Of a stretch of DNA of 64,000 bases, positions 9,945-19,803 are shown in pieces (the stretch's first letter is position 1; every line of letters begins with the position of its first letter). The notes under the pieces are model-generated. The model did not search any database, was not told where the DNA came from, and worked only from the letters and a program-made list of their open reading frames with translations. The translations under genes and the position numbers were made by a program. The stretch comes from an uncultured Eubacteriaceae bacterium (GTDB lineage Bacteria; Bacillota; Clostridia; Eubacteriales; UBA1433): the NCBI GenBank assembly GCA_964533615.1, contig CAZHMK010000005.1, positions 20,761-84,760 on the forward strand, written 5' to 3'.

Positions 9945-11669
9945 TTATTTTAACTCCAGGCCTTTTACAAAGATTTTTATTTCATTTTGTTTGATTTGTT
10001 TTTTTGTGATTTTTATATTTTCTTTATATGTTATTTCATCGGATTCTTTTTCAACGACTTTGCCATCTTCATAAACCAATGTCACAAAACGGATGCTATC
10101 ATCATCTTTCGGTATGAATGTCTTAAGCGGCACTATCGAGTTATTTTTATTTTTTTCAATCGCGATCGCTTCTTTTATTTTAAGAATATCATTGCTATCC
10201 TCAAGCGTTAACTCGCAGTATTGCCCGTCGATGATTGCCGTGGTATAAAGCAAAGTATCATTTTCCGCCTTTTTATAGACGGTAATTGGCATTGAATTGA
10301 TCATATACATCGCCGAATTACTGTTTTCTGCATTTTGGTCATATGCTGAATTCTCACCAACATAATGAATAAACATTTCGCCGCCTATTTGGCTGCCTAT
10401 CAGGCAGTTACCGAAAAGTAAAGCTTTTACGTCTGTTATGCCGCTTTTGTTTCCCACTATATTTCGTGAAGCGGCAGAAACATTTTTATCGAGCAGGCTG
10501 ATATATTCTTTTAATAATTTTGAATATTCATCTGAAAATCCTATCAAATTATAGACTTTGAATTCCAACGAAGCATTCTCTATATTGCTATATGGAAAAT
10601 ATAAAGAAACGCCGCTCAAATCTTCTTTATTATTTGCAGTCTCTGCTTTGTAGACTATGAGCTTATTTAATTGAGCGCTCAGATCAGAGTCGGTTGTATT
10701 CTTTACAAATTCTTTGATATCCACCATATTTGCCTGCTCGGCCGAGCTCACCAGTCTCCCCGCCGCACCGCTTTCATAAGCTGCATTGATAAAATCATCA
10801 AAATGGGCGCTCACGTCTACAGAGCCGATTGATTTATCGAATTCATCGACAACATCTTTTACATGTGATAAATCAAGCACACAAAGAGCGCTCTCGACTG
10901 CATTTGCTTTATTGGCTTGGCTGATATATGAATCAATGAGTATTTTTCCGAAATAGTCACCGTTTTTATTTGGATTTTGCTTTACTTTTTCTATGAATAC
11001 ATCATAGGCATATCCCGTTTCCGAGAGCAATCCTTCGCTTGCCGCCATATACTTGCAATAAGGCGAAAGAATATAGGCTGTTTCGATATTAGACATTAAG
11101 CATGCATCGAATGCTACCAAGTCAAATGCCTCATCGGTTTCTTTTGCTGTCACCTCAAAAGCGTCTTTTAATTCCTTTAAAATCAGGGTGTCCCCCGGTG
11201 TGTTTTCATCAAGGCCAAAGCCTGCAATGGCTCCGCCTCCGTGATTCCATAAAATAGCGGCATATTTTTCAGCCGGATAATTTTCAATTCCCCAGATTAG
11301 AAATTCAGACAGCGTATCCGCTTTGGCCATATTTTTCAGATCTTGACTATACACTTCATCCATGCTGAACTTATTGACATACCATCGCTGACTTTTATTT
11401 TCATCCACATAATAATTATGCCAATATTTACTTCCGCCTGTCTCAACGATGACATTAACATTATCAGCACTTCCGCTGTAGATCATTTCCCGTAAATCCT
11501 TTGTTGCCGCCGCAGATGTCATCTCTAGATTTGAACCGTTCATATACACAAGCACGGTCCATGTCTTTTTGCCTTGTTCTTCATTGAATGATGTTTTGCC
11601 TGACTGTGAACACCCTGCAAAAAACAGTATAAAAATAATGAGGATTCCCATTGTTAATCTTTTTTTCAT
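9945..11669 (-). CDS. Clostripain-family (C11) cysteine peptidase, lipoprotein
   Basis: Lipobox FAGC; WTVLVYMNGSNLE; catalytic His in WNHGGG and Cys in FDACLM. Confidence 0.88.
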   Translation of the reverse strand: MKKRLTMGILIIFILFFAGCSQSGKTSFNEEQGKKTWTVLVYMNGSNLEMTSAAATKDLREMIYSGSADNVNVIVETGGSKYWHNYYVDENKSQRWYVNKFSMDEVYSQDLKNMAKADTLSEFLIWGIENYPAEKYAAILWNHGGGAIAGFGLDENTPGDTLILKELKDAFEVTAKETDEAFDLVAFDACLMSNIETAYILSPYCKYMAASEGLLSETGYAYDVFIEKVKQNPNKNGDYFGKILIDSYISQANKANAVESALCVLDLSHVKDVVDEFDKSIGSVDVSAHFDDFINAAYESGAAGRLVSSAEQANMVDIKEFVKNTTDSDLSAQLNKLIVYKAETANNKEDLSGVSLYFPYSNIENASLEFKVYNLIGFSDEYSKLLKEYISLLDKNVSAASRNIVGNKSGITDVKALLFGNCLIGSQIGGEMFIHYVGENSAYDQNAENSNSAMYMINSMPITVYKKAENDTLLYTTAIIDGQYCELTLEDSNDILKIKEAIAIEKNKNNSIVPLKTFIPKDDDSIRFVTLVYEDGKVVEKESDEITYKENIKITKKQIKQNEIKIFVKGLELK

Positions 11670-11798
11670 ATGAATATTTTTTACAAAATAAATAAATATA
11701 TCGTATAATATTTAAAGTTTCAGATGCAATTTTTAGCAAAACAGCATTTTAAACATATGTTTATATTTCTCCATTGCATCCTCAAAGGAGTGAAATAA

Positions 11799-13871
11799 TT
11801 GGCTTATAACGATAAAAATGTAGAAATTTTGGCTCCAGCAGGTAGTTTTACTGCGCTTAAAGCCGCCGTGCTTTCCGGAGCGGATGCAGTATATTTTGGC
11901 GCAAAAGCATTGAACGCAAGACGGAATGCCGCTAATTTTACACATGAAGAAATCAGGCAAGCCATTGACTTTTGCCATTTGTATGATGTGAAAGCTTACC
12001 TTACATTAAATACACTGATGTTTGACAGGGAAATTCAAATGGTAATAGATGAAATCCTCCATGCCTGCAAAGCGGGTTTTGATGCGATCATTGTGCAGGA
12101 TTTAGGTGTTGTTAGCCTGATCAAGCAAATATGCCCTGAAATCTCCATTCATGCATCCACTCAAATGGGCACGCATAATCTTGTCGATGCAAACGCGCTC
12201 TATAAGATAGGCATATCAAGAGTGGTGCTTGCACGTAAGATGAGCAAGGAGGAAATTGTCAACATCATTAACCATTCAAAAATTGAAACAGAAATTTTTG
12301 TCCATGGAGCTTTATGCTACAGTCTCTCCGGTCAATGCTATTTCAGCGCATTTCTCGGAGAGCGCAGCGGAAACCGCGGATTCTGCGCGCAAGTGTGCCG
12401 GCTGCCCTTTGGCGTAAAAAATACAAATCGATATAACTTATCTTTAAAAGATTTATCGCTCATAGAGTATGTAGATGAATTAAAAAGCCTTGGCGTGCAC
12501 AGTTTAAAAATTGAAGGCCGTATGAAAAGTGCCGACTATGTGCAAACAACCGTTACGCAATTTAAAAATGCACTTTATCATAAAAAATATGATATGCAAG
12601 TTTTAAAAGACAGTTTCTCACGAGACGGATTTACGCAAGGCTATTTTCTCTCAAAAATAGATAATGATATGTTTGGCATACGCAGCCAGCAGGATATCAT
12701 AAAAAGCAGCCAAGCTTCCATCAGCAAAGCAGATGGTTTATCATCACCGCGCAAGCTTAAAGTGCAGATGGAGTATTATATTTCCGAAAAAAAAGTAACC
12801 CTTGCAATAAAAGATTGTTTTGGGCATATATTTATATCTAATGCACCGCCCGCACAGCTTGCCATCACAAAATCCCTACGCGCTGAGGAGATTGTCAAAA
12901 GCTTATCCAGATTAACCGATACCCCATTTTTTCTTATAAATATCAACGGCTATGTACAAGAAAATTGTTATTTTCCGCTCTCTGCTTTAAATGAGCTCAG
13001 AAGAACGGCAGTAGAAGGGCTTATCAAAAGGCGGCAATACCGCAAACCATATATTTGCCATATGCCCAATATACCAGATATCAATAAACATGAAAAAACG
13101 CTTGTAAAACCTGCATTTACTGCTTCTTTTAAAGAAGTATCGCAAATAAGTGAAGAAATATTAGAGAAGGTGCAATATGCATCCCTCGATTTATTTAAAT
13201 TTTCAGAACTCGACGAACATTTATTGAATAGCTATCATGATAAACTCGTCGCGGAATTACCAAGAGTATATTTTGAAGATGAACAGCTGCTTAAAAAACA
13301 ATTAATAAAATTAAGACAATACGGCATTCATTATGCAAAGGCTCATTCCATCGGAAGGCTGCAGTTGGCAAAGAAACTCGGCTACGATGTTATGAGCGGC
13401 TTTGGACTCAATATTGCAAACAGCCTTTCTGCGCAAATGCTGTCAAACTTAAAGCCGGTCTATATCACTCTCTCCGTAGAACTTACTATCAAACAAATCA
13501 ACCAATTAAAAACTTCATCTAAAATAGCTATGCTTGCATACGGTCATTTTCCGTTGATGAGCACGCGCGTCTGCCCCATTAAGTATGAGATTGGATGTGC
13601 AGCATGCCAAAAAAAATATCCTTGTATGTTAACAGACAGAAAAGGTATGAAATTTGCCGTATTATGCAGCCATGGCATCTCGGAAATTTTGAACTGCGTT
13701 CCGATTTATCTGGCAGACAAACTGGATGATGTTAAAACCATAAATTATATGGAACTATTTTTTACAACTGAAAATAAAGAAACCTGTTATAAAATCCTGA
13801 CCGATTACGAAAAAATACGGTCACCAAACCAACCGTACACAAGAGGAATCTACTATAGAAAATTATTATAG
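11799..13871 (+). CDS. U32 family protein (RlhA-like long form, probable RNA hydroxylase)
   Basis: EILAPAG, GADAVY, HASTQ, HGALCYSLSGQC, NRGxCAQxCR, LKIEGRMK; TTG start after AAGGAG. Confidence 0.88.
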   Translation: MAYNDKNVEILAPAGSFTALKAAVLSGADAVYFGAKALNARRNAANFTHEEIRQAIDFCHLYDVKAYLTLNTLMFDREIQMVIDEILHACKAGFDAIIVQDLGVVSLIKQICPEISIHASTQMGTHNLVDANALYKIGISRVVLARKMSKEEIVNIINHSKIETEIFVHGALCYSLSGQCYFSAFLGERSGNRGFCAQVCRLPFGVKNTNRYNLSLKDLSLIEYVDELKSLGVHSLKIEGRMKSADYVQTTVTQFKNALYHKKYDMQVLKDSFSRDGFTQGYFLSKIDNDMFGIRSQQDIIKSSQASISKADGLSSPRKLKVQMEYYISEKKVTLAIKDCFGHIFISNAPPAQLAITKSLRAEEIVKSLSRLTDTPFFLININGYVQENCYFPLSALNELRRTAVEGLIKRRQYRKPYICHMPNIPDINKHEKTLVKPAFTASFKEVSQISEEILEKVQYASLDLFKFSELDEHLLNSYHDKLVAELPRVYFEDEQLLKKQLIKLRQYGIHYAKAHSIGRLQLAKKLGYDVMSGFGLNIANSLSAQMLSNLKPVYITLSVELTIKQINQLKTSSKIAMLAYGHFPLMSTRVCPIKYEIGCAACQKKYPCMLTDRKGMKFAVLCSHGISEILNCVPIYLADKLDDVKTINYMELFFTTENKETCYKILTDYEKIRSPNQPYTRGIYYRKLL

Positions 13872-13928
13872 ATTTTATTTTAATTTTCTATGATTTTTCT
13901 TATTGTTCTTTTTACAAATATTCGTTAT

Positions 13929-13969
13929 AAACAAAAAAAGACAATTTCTATGTATTGTCTTTTTTGTTT
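13929..13969. terminator. Bidirectional intrinsic terminator
   Basis: AAACAAAAAAAGACAAT...ATTGTCTTTTTTGTTT inverted repeat between convergent genes. Confidence 0.75.
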
Positions 13970-13975
13970 TGTTTT

Positions 13976-15055
13976 TTAATGGTTATATTGAATCGTATTA
14001 CTTATTTCCACTGCTCTCTCACTCGGATCATACGAATCAATGCCGTAAATTAATTCATGAAGCATGATGATATTATCTTTAAGTGTATTTGGTTTCAGAT
14101 AATAAATTCCGTTATAATATCTGTCTACTCCATAATTATCAAACGGGACTCTGAAATCTTCCAAAACAAATGTATCTTTGTGCCGCAGATAAGACCAACC
14201 CATTTTCAACATCAAATTGGTGTCTATATTTGTTTTTGTAAGCGGCGCTATTTCTTTTGTAAGCGTGAGGAGCATTTTAATATCAAGATTATCTTTTATT
14301 TTATCGATGATTTTCCCGAGTACGATTCGCTGCCTTGATGTTCTCTCCCAGTCTGAATTGCCCACTTTTCTGATTCTGCTGTATGCAAGCGCCTGTCTGC
14401 CGTCAAGGAGCTGAGCTCCTCCTTCTTTCAAATAATTTAATTCGCCGCCCAGTAATGTATGCTGCTCCTCTATAACTTGATTGATATAAGGCACTTCAAC
14501 GTCTTTTACATTTACCTCAATGCCGCCTATGGCGTCCACCAGTTGCTCCATCGTGCCAAAATCAACGGTAACATAATATTTAATATTTAAATCAAAATTT
14601 ATATTTAACGTTTTTAATAAAAGCTCTTCTCCGCCGTATGCATAAGAAGCGTTGATTTTATTATATGTGCCTTCATCGGGAATATAGACTAAAAAATCAC
14701 GCATAATCGATGTCAGCATTGTTCGGCCTGTTTGCATATCATAAGATAGAATAACAATAGTATCCGAACGTGAAACTGGCTCGTTTGGCCTTTTATCAAT
14801 GCCGATTAATGCGATATTGATTACATTTTCGTTAAAATTGACTTCACTTGAAACGCTTAGATTGTCATTGCTTGTGCTAAAGGTTTTCTGTGCAATATCT
14901 TTGATGCCCAGAGGATCAAAATAAATGAAAGCAACCGCAAGCAACCCAGCTAAGATAATAATCGTAATGATCATCTTTAGTAAAAATTTCAAAAAAGACT
15001 TTTTCTTTTTTCTCTTTTTTTTCGTCACAAAGCAACCTCTATTTTTATTTTTCAA
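13976..15055 (-). CDS. LCP (LytR-CpsA-Psr) family cell-wall glycopolymer transferase
   Basis: Basic N-terminus plus one TM; RSDTI, SIMRD, KINASY, ALAYSRIRK..DWERTSRQR. Exact start uncertain. Confidence 0.92.
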   Translation of the reverse strand: MKNKNRGCFVTKKKRKKKKSFLKFLLKMIITIIILAGLLAVAFIYFDPLGIKDIAQKTFSTSNDNLSVSSEVNFNENVINIALIGIDKRPNEPVSRSDTIVILSYDMQTGRTMLTSIMRDFLVYIPDEGTYNKINASYAYGGEELLLKTLNINFDLNIKYYVTVDFGTMEQLVDAIGGIEVNVKDVEVPYINQVIEEQHTLLGGELNYLKEGGAQLLDGRQALAYSRIRKVGNSDWERTSRQRIVLGKIIDKIKDNLDIKMLLTLTKEIAPLTKTNIDTNLMLKMGWSYLRHKDTFVLEDFRVPFDNYGVDRYYNGIYYLKPNTLKDNIIMLHELIYGIDSYDPSERAVEISNTIQYNH

Positions 15056-15184
15056 TAATATGATGTTATTTTCTATCTTCCTTCATAAAGAAAAGAATTA
15101 TACTGAATATTTATACTTTATGCTATCATTCTTTTCCACAATAATAGGACAATCAATGGCATAATCATAATGTGGAATGCCACA

Positions 15185-15200
15185 AATTGCCCGGGAAATA
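15185..15200. promoter_or_regulatory. Noc-binding-site (NBS)-like palindrome
   Basis: AATTGCCCGGGAAATA, 14/16 match to TATTTCCCGGGAAATA; intergenic. Confidence 0.55.
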
Positions 15201-15227
15201 TGTCGATTTATGCAATTTTAAATATTT

Positions 15228-15782
15228 TTATTTAAAACATTTTCTTACTGCATGCATAATATCTTTTCTGTATTTCTCAATGTCTGCGTCTATATTCAAT
15301 CCTAATTTAGGCATTTGCACAAAACTTACCAAGTCTGCATTCAAGTCCTGTATGTAAAATTCCAATACATTCGGAAACGTTTCATATTGATTTCTATATT
15401 CTCCCGCTCCAGGCGATAAGATAACCATTTTTTTTCGTTTGCTGTTTCTTTGTTTGATCCTATTGCTGAAATGCAGCGAAACAGAACGGTCAATCACTGT
15501 TTTTAAAACCGAGGAAACACTGTTATAATAAACAGGTGCGCCAAGTACAATAATATCTGCTTTTACATAGGATTCACAAAGTGATTGCATATCATCTTTG
15601 ATCATGCATGATCCTTCTGTTTGACGGCAAAACCAACAACCTCTACAATATCCTATATTTAAATCGATCAAATCGATTCTTTCAATATTTGCTTCTTGCT
15701 CAAAGTTTTCCAAAAATATATCCAGAGCGCGTTTTGTACATCCGTTTTTCCTGTGACTGCTGTTGAGTGCTAATATATTCAT
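15228..15782 (-). CDS. Flavodoxin family / iron-sulfur flavoprotein-like protein
   Basis: SSHRKNGCT, CxxCxxC-x5-C (CRGCWFCRQTEGSC), APVYY. Confidence 0.85.
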   Translation of the reverse strand: MNILALNSSHRKNGCTKRALDIFLENFEQEANIERIDLIDLNIGYCRGCWFCRQTEGSCMIKDDMQSLCESYVKADIIVLGAPVYYNSVSSVLKTVIDRSVSLHFSNRIKQRNSKRKKMVILSPGAGEYRNQYETFPNVLEFYIQDLNADLVSFVQMPKLGLNIDADIEKYRKDIMHAVRKCFK

Positions 15783-15803
15783 CTCTATTACATCTCCTTA
15801 TCT

Positions 15804-16649
15804 TTAACGTTCAGCTTGAAAATGATTTTTAAGAAGTTTAATTTCCTGTGCGTATCCGTCAATATCATTTGGTGTCTCTAAAATCATTGGTAAATGACGA
15901 ATTGGTTTATAATTGATAAATTTTATAATATTATCTATACCTATCGTGCCTTCACCTAATTTCGCATGCCTGTCTTTTTTTGAATTATATGGATTCATGC
16001 TATCATTGATATGCGCTGCTTTCAAATAATCGATACCAATTACTTTATCAAATTTCTCAAAAACGCCGTCAAGGTCTTTCACAATATCATATCCTGCACT
16101 ATACATATGACATGTATCAACACAAACTCCAATATGCTCCTTATCCTCTATTTTGTCAATAATTTCTTTCAATTCTTCAAATGTCGAACCCACTTCACTT
16201 CCTTTACCTGACATGGCCTCAAGCAATATTGTATTTTCAACCCCTTCATCAATAGCTTCATTAATCGTAGCTGCTATAAGCGTTTGCGCCTGCGATAAAG
16301 AAAGCTCTTTTCTGCTTCCCGGATGAAAGACATAGTAACTTGGAGGCATTTTTTTTAGCCTTTGCATATCTGCTTTAAAAATCATATTTCCAAATTCCCG
16401 TACTCTTGCCTCACTGGAACATAGATTGAGTGTATACGGTGCATGTGCAATTAAAGTTTTAAAATCATTTTTTTCTAAAAAAGCTTTTGCCATTGACATG
16501 TCTTTCTCATCTATTTTTTTGGCAGCGCCGCCCCGTGGATTTCTCGTAAAAAATTGAAATGTATTTGCTCCCATTTCATAGGATATTTTCGCAGCTTTAT
16601 AAAAGCCTTCAGATATGGATATATGTGCACCTATTTTTAACATGATCAT
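15804..16649 (-). CDS. nfo: Endonuclease IV (AP endonuclease)
   Basis: IGAHISI, QFFTRNPR, HAPY, HPGS, DTCH, HINDS, DRH, ILETP. Confidence 0.95.
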   Translation of the reverse strand: MIMLKIGAHISISEGFYKAAKISYEMGANTFQFFTRNPRGGAAKKIDEKDMSMAKAFLEKNDFKTLIAHAPYTLNLCSSEARVREFGNMIFKADMQRLKKMPPSYYVFHPGSRKELSLSQAQTLIAATINEAIDEGVENTILLEAMSGKGSEVGSTFEELKEIIDKIEDKEHIGVCVDTCHMYSAGYDIVKDLDGVFEKFDKVIGIDYLKAAHINDSMNPYNSKKDRHAKLGEGTIGIDNIIKFINYKPIRHLPMILETPNDIDGYAQEIKLLKNHFQAER

Positions 16650-16743
16650 TATCTCCTTTGTCTAATAATATCATAAAATGTATTTTCTTTACAATTTTTA
16701 TGTGCTATTGTATATTTAAATACTTTATATTGCGAGGTTTAGA

Positions 16744-17421
16744 ATGTCTGTACAATTAAAAAATGACTGGCAAAAATATCTTAAAGATGAATTCAGCAAA
16801 GATTATTATATCAATTTAAGAAAATTTTTAGTCCATGAATATAAAACGCAATGCATTTACCCTGATATGTATGATATTTTTAATTCGTTGCATTATACTT
16901 CATACACGGATACAAAAGTGGTCATTATCGGGCAAGATCCATATCATGAGCCCAATCAAGCGCACGGATTATGTTTTTCCGTAAAACCCGGTACCGATAT
17001 TCCGCCTTCACTGCAAAACATTTACAAAGAAATGCAAGACGATATCGGCTGCTATATTCCCAACAACGGTTATTTAGTTTCCTGGGCAACACAAGGTGTG
17101 TTGATGCTCAACGCCGTTTTAACGGTACGTGCACACAGGGCAGCCTCCCACAAAGGAAAAGGATGGGAACAGTTTACCGATAATATCATAACTCTTCTTA
17201 ATCAGTCTGCCGCCCCGATCGTATTTATCTTATGGGGCGCTTACGCACAATCCAAATCACCTTTAATCACAAATCCCATACACTTAATATTAAAGTCGAC
17301 GCATCCAAGCCCGCTTTCTGCAAACCGAGGCTTTTTTGGCAGTAAACCTTTTTCTAAAACCAACGCATTTTTACTTGCAAACGACAGGGTCCCGATTAAT
17401 TGGCAAATACCCAATATATGA
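16744..17421 (+). CDS. ung: Uracil-DNA glycosylase
   Basis: GQDPYH, PPSL and HPSPLS catalytic motifs. Confidence 0.97.
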   Translation: MSVQLKNDWQKYLKDEFSKDYYINLRKFLVHEYKTQCIYPDMYDIFNSLHYTSYTDTKVVIIGQDPYHEPNQAHGLCFSVKPGTDIPPSLQNIYKEMQDDIGCYIPNNGYLVSWATQGVLMLNAVLTVRAHRAASHKGKGWEQFTDNIITLLNQSAAPIVFILWGAYAQSKSPLITNPIHLILKSTHPSPLSANRGFFGSKPFSKTNAFLLANDRVPINWQIPNI

Positions 17422-17422
17422 T

Positions 17423-18796
17423 TTAACCCGCTTGTTGCTTAACTAAATTCTTGATCCACTTTTTAGAGCGGTATCTCGGCACAAGCAAAAACAGTTTTAA
17501 AATATGTTCAATGTTAATGAACATTATGATCCAGTAAACAGGTAATTTAAACCATAGAGCTGCAATAAAAGAGATAGGGACTACGTATCCCCAAATAGAA
17601 AATAATTCAAGAATCATACAGAATTTTGTATCTCCGCCGCTTCTGAGTATGCCTACTACAAATAAATAATCACACATTGAAAGAGGCATCGCGCAGGCCA
17701 TGACTAAAAGAATATTTGCCAGCATCATATTTGTTTGAACGTGCAGATCAAATAAACTGATAATTGGTTTTCTTGTCAGAATCAAAACAGCTCCGAGAAC
17801 AAAGCCCAGCATGATAATGATGAAGATAAACTTCTTTGAATATTTTTCCGTCAATTCATAACGTTCTTTCCCGATTTCATTTCCAAGCATAATGGCGCAT
17901 GCATTCCCTATCCCAAAAAACAATGCTTCAAAAATACCATTGATACTATATGCAATTTGTACTGCCGCAACCGCATTTGCACCAAGCCGGCCGTAGGCAA
18001 TGTAAATTACAGTCATACCAAGTGACCAAATTATTTCATTGATAAGTACGGGAAATGCAACTTTTAATTTTTCTTTCAATATTGCATAATTCCATAAAAA
18101 AAGATCCGATAATTTGATTAAAAGCGGGTACTTCTTGTATTTAAATAAGTACCATCCATAAAATAAAAACTCGACACTTCTTGCAACAAGTGTAGCCACC
18201 GCCGCTCCGCGTACACCCATTGCATAGAATCCCAAATGCCCAAAAATGAAAATCCAATTTAAAATTGTGTTTAACAAAACTGACAGTATATTGATTGCCA
18301 GCGGTATTTGCACAATGCCCAGTGATCTTAATGTGAAAGAAACAGAAAAAGAAGATGCCATAAAAAAATAACTGAATACGGCAATTCTAAGATAACTTTT
18401 TCCAAGCTGAATTACAGAATTATCTTTTATAAACCAAGATATGATTACATCTGGATATAAACTTATGCTCAAAATAAAAATAATCGCTACACAAACCCCT
18501 AAAAACCATTGCATCCCAAGCATTTTTTTTACATTCAAGATATCTTTTTTTCCCCAATACTGCGCAGTAAAAATACTCATACCACTGTATATCCCAAATG
18601 TAACCAACGTGAAGAAAAAATAAATTCTGTTGCAAATTCCTACCGCAGCAATTGCTTCTTCGCCAAGTGAGCCAATCATGATGGTATCTATTGTATTCAA
18701 TGAAATAGCTACTAAATGTTGCAGTGCAATAGGTATTGCCAGTGAAAGCATGAGAGAATAAAATATTTTTTTATTATAATTTTGTATGGATTGCAT
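17423..18796 (-). CDS. MATE family efflux transporter
   Basis: About 12 TM; DTIMIGSLG, MGVRGAAVATLVAR, LRSGGDT. Confidence 0.92.
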   Translation of the reverse strand: MQSIQNYNKKIFYSLMLSLAIPIALQHLVAISLNTIDTIMIGSLGEEAIAAVGICNRIYFFFTLVTFGIYSGMSIFTAQYWGKKDILNVKKMLGMQWFLGVCVAIIFILSISLYPDVIISWFIKDNSVIQLGKSYLRIAVFSYFFMASSFSVSFTLRSLGIVQIPLAINILSVLLNTILNWIFIFGHLGFYAMGVRGAAVATLVARSVEFLFYGWYLFKYKKYPLLIKLSDLFLWNYAILKEKLKVAFPVLINEIIWSLGMTVIYIAYGRLGANAVAAVQIAYSINGIFEALFFGIGNACAIMLGNEIGKERYELTEKYSKKFIFIIIMLGFVLGAVLILTRKPIISLFDLHVQTNMMLANILLVMACAMPLSMCDYLFVVGILRSGGDTKFCMILELFSIWGYVVPISFIAALWFKLPVYWIIMFINIEHILKLFLLVPRYRSKKWIKNLVKQQAG

Positions 18797-18835
18797 GACT
18801 TCTCCACATATGTATTTTTGTTTCTAACTATATGT

Positions 18836-18870
18836 AAGCCTTGCCAATATGGCAAGACTTTTCTTTTTTT
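18836..18870. terminator. Intrinsic terminator-like hairpin downstream of the 53-aa microprotein
   Basis: AAGCCTTGCCA-ATA-TGGCAAGACTT hairpin; the long T-tract is on the plus strand. Confidence 0.55.
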
Positions 18871-18881
18871 TAATTTTAAGG

Positions 18882-19043
18882 CTACGAATCGCAGTTTTCG
18901 ATATTATTGTATTTTTTTGAGTTACTCTGGGAATTGTTTTGTGAACTGCTTTGTGAATTACTCTGCGTATTTTTTGTATTTTTTACGCTTTCAGTATTCT
19001 TTTTATTACTCATTCTATTTTGATTTTGATTATTTTTTGCCAT
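18882..19043 (-). CDS. Unannotated 53-aa N/Q/S/K-rich microprotein
   Basis: GAGGTG RBS 6 nt before ATG; MAKNNQNQNRMSNKKNTESVKNTKNTQSNSQSSSQNNSQSNSKKYNNIENCDS*; followed by a hairpin. Confidence 0.72.
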   Translation of the reverse strand: MAKNNQNQNRMSNKKNTESVKNTKNTQSNSQSSSQNNSQSNSKKYNNIENCDS

Positions 19044-19110
19044 TATTCTTCACCTCGCTACTATTATTAAAAAAATAATCAAAATTATTCTTACCATATT
19101 TTACTATTTT

Positions 19111-19551
19111 TTATTTATGATATTTTTCATTTTTAAGTATTTTAAAACTACGATAAATTTGTTCAAGTAAAAATATACGAAACATTTGGTGCGGAAATGT
19201 CATATCAGAAAACGACAGCAGCATATTTGCTTGTTTTTTTACCTCTTCACTCACGCCGTCTGAACCCCCTATGATAAATGTAAGCGAAGTGTTTAATTCG
19301 AGTTTTTCACTGATAAGAGCGGCAAATTTTGTACTGCTGTATTTATTCCCGCAAATATCACAAACAAACACATAAGATCTTGGCTCAATTTTCTTTAAAA
19401 TAAAGCTGCTCTCTTGTGCTCGGTCGGATTCTTTGATTTCAGTGATATTTAAATCACAATACTTTTGGATTCTTTTGCTATATTCTCCGCCGGCTTCTCT
19501 CCAATAGCGTTCTCTTAAATTGCCTACGCATATTATATTAATTGTCTTCAT
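19111..19551 (-). CDS. rlmH: 23S rRNA (pseudouridine-1915-N3)-methyltransferase
   Basis: IICVG, FIIGGSDG, SFSDMTFPHQMFRIFLLEQIYR, C-terminal YHK. Confidence 0.96.
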   Translation of the reverse strand: MKTINIICVGNLRERYWREAGGEYSKRIQKYCDLNITEIKESDRAQESSFILKKIEPRSYVFVCDICGNKYSSTKFAALISEKLELNTSLTFIIGGSDGVSEEVKKQANMLLSFSDMTFPHQMFRIFLLEQIYRSFKILKNEKYHK

Positions 19552-19613
19552 AATTATTTTTCCTTTGCTCTTTATTAAATCATGAATTTGTATTCTTGTA
19601 AATCACTGATTCG

Positions 19614-19629
19614 TGTTTCACGTGAAACA
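19614..19629. promoter_or_regulatory. parS: parS site 1
   Basis: Perfect palindrome TGTTTCACGTGAAACA. Confidence 0.95.
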
Positions 19630-19712
19630 TTATTTATACTATTATTTTCATATTTAAAAATTTTTTTATTAAAAAAACCTTGTTTTTATTGCGTATTTTC
19701 TATATTTTACAA

Positions 19713-19728
19713 TGTTTCACGTGAAACA
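19713..19728. promoter_or_regulatory. parS: parS site 2
   Basis: Perfect palindrome TGTTTCACGTGAAACA. Confidence 0.95.
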
Positions 19729-19803
19729 CGCAAAACAAAGTGTTTATTTTTATTTATTTCAGTGATAAAATAGAGCCGAAAAACCTGCTCGGGGGAGGAA
19801 AAT

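Noticed and set aside
12232-12246. U32 motif ARE reads ARK
   Set aside because: Single substitution with the Cys cluster motifs intact; not enough to call inactivation
18782-19078. 98-aa F/Y/C-rich plus-strand ORF
   Set aside because: Antisense shadow of the low-complexity minus-strand microprotein, which has the RBS
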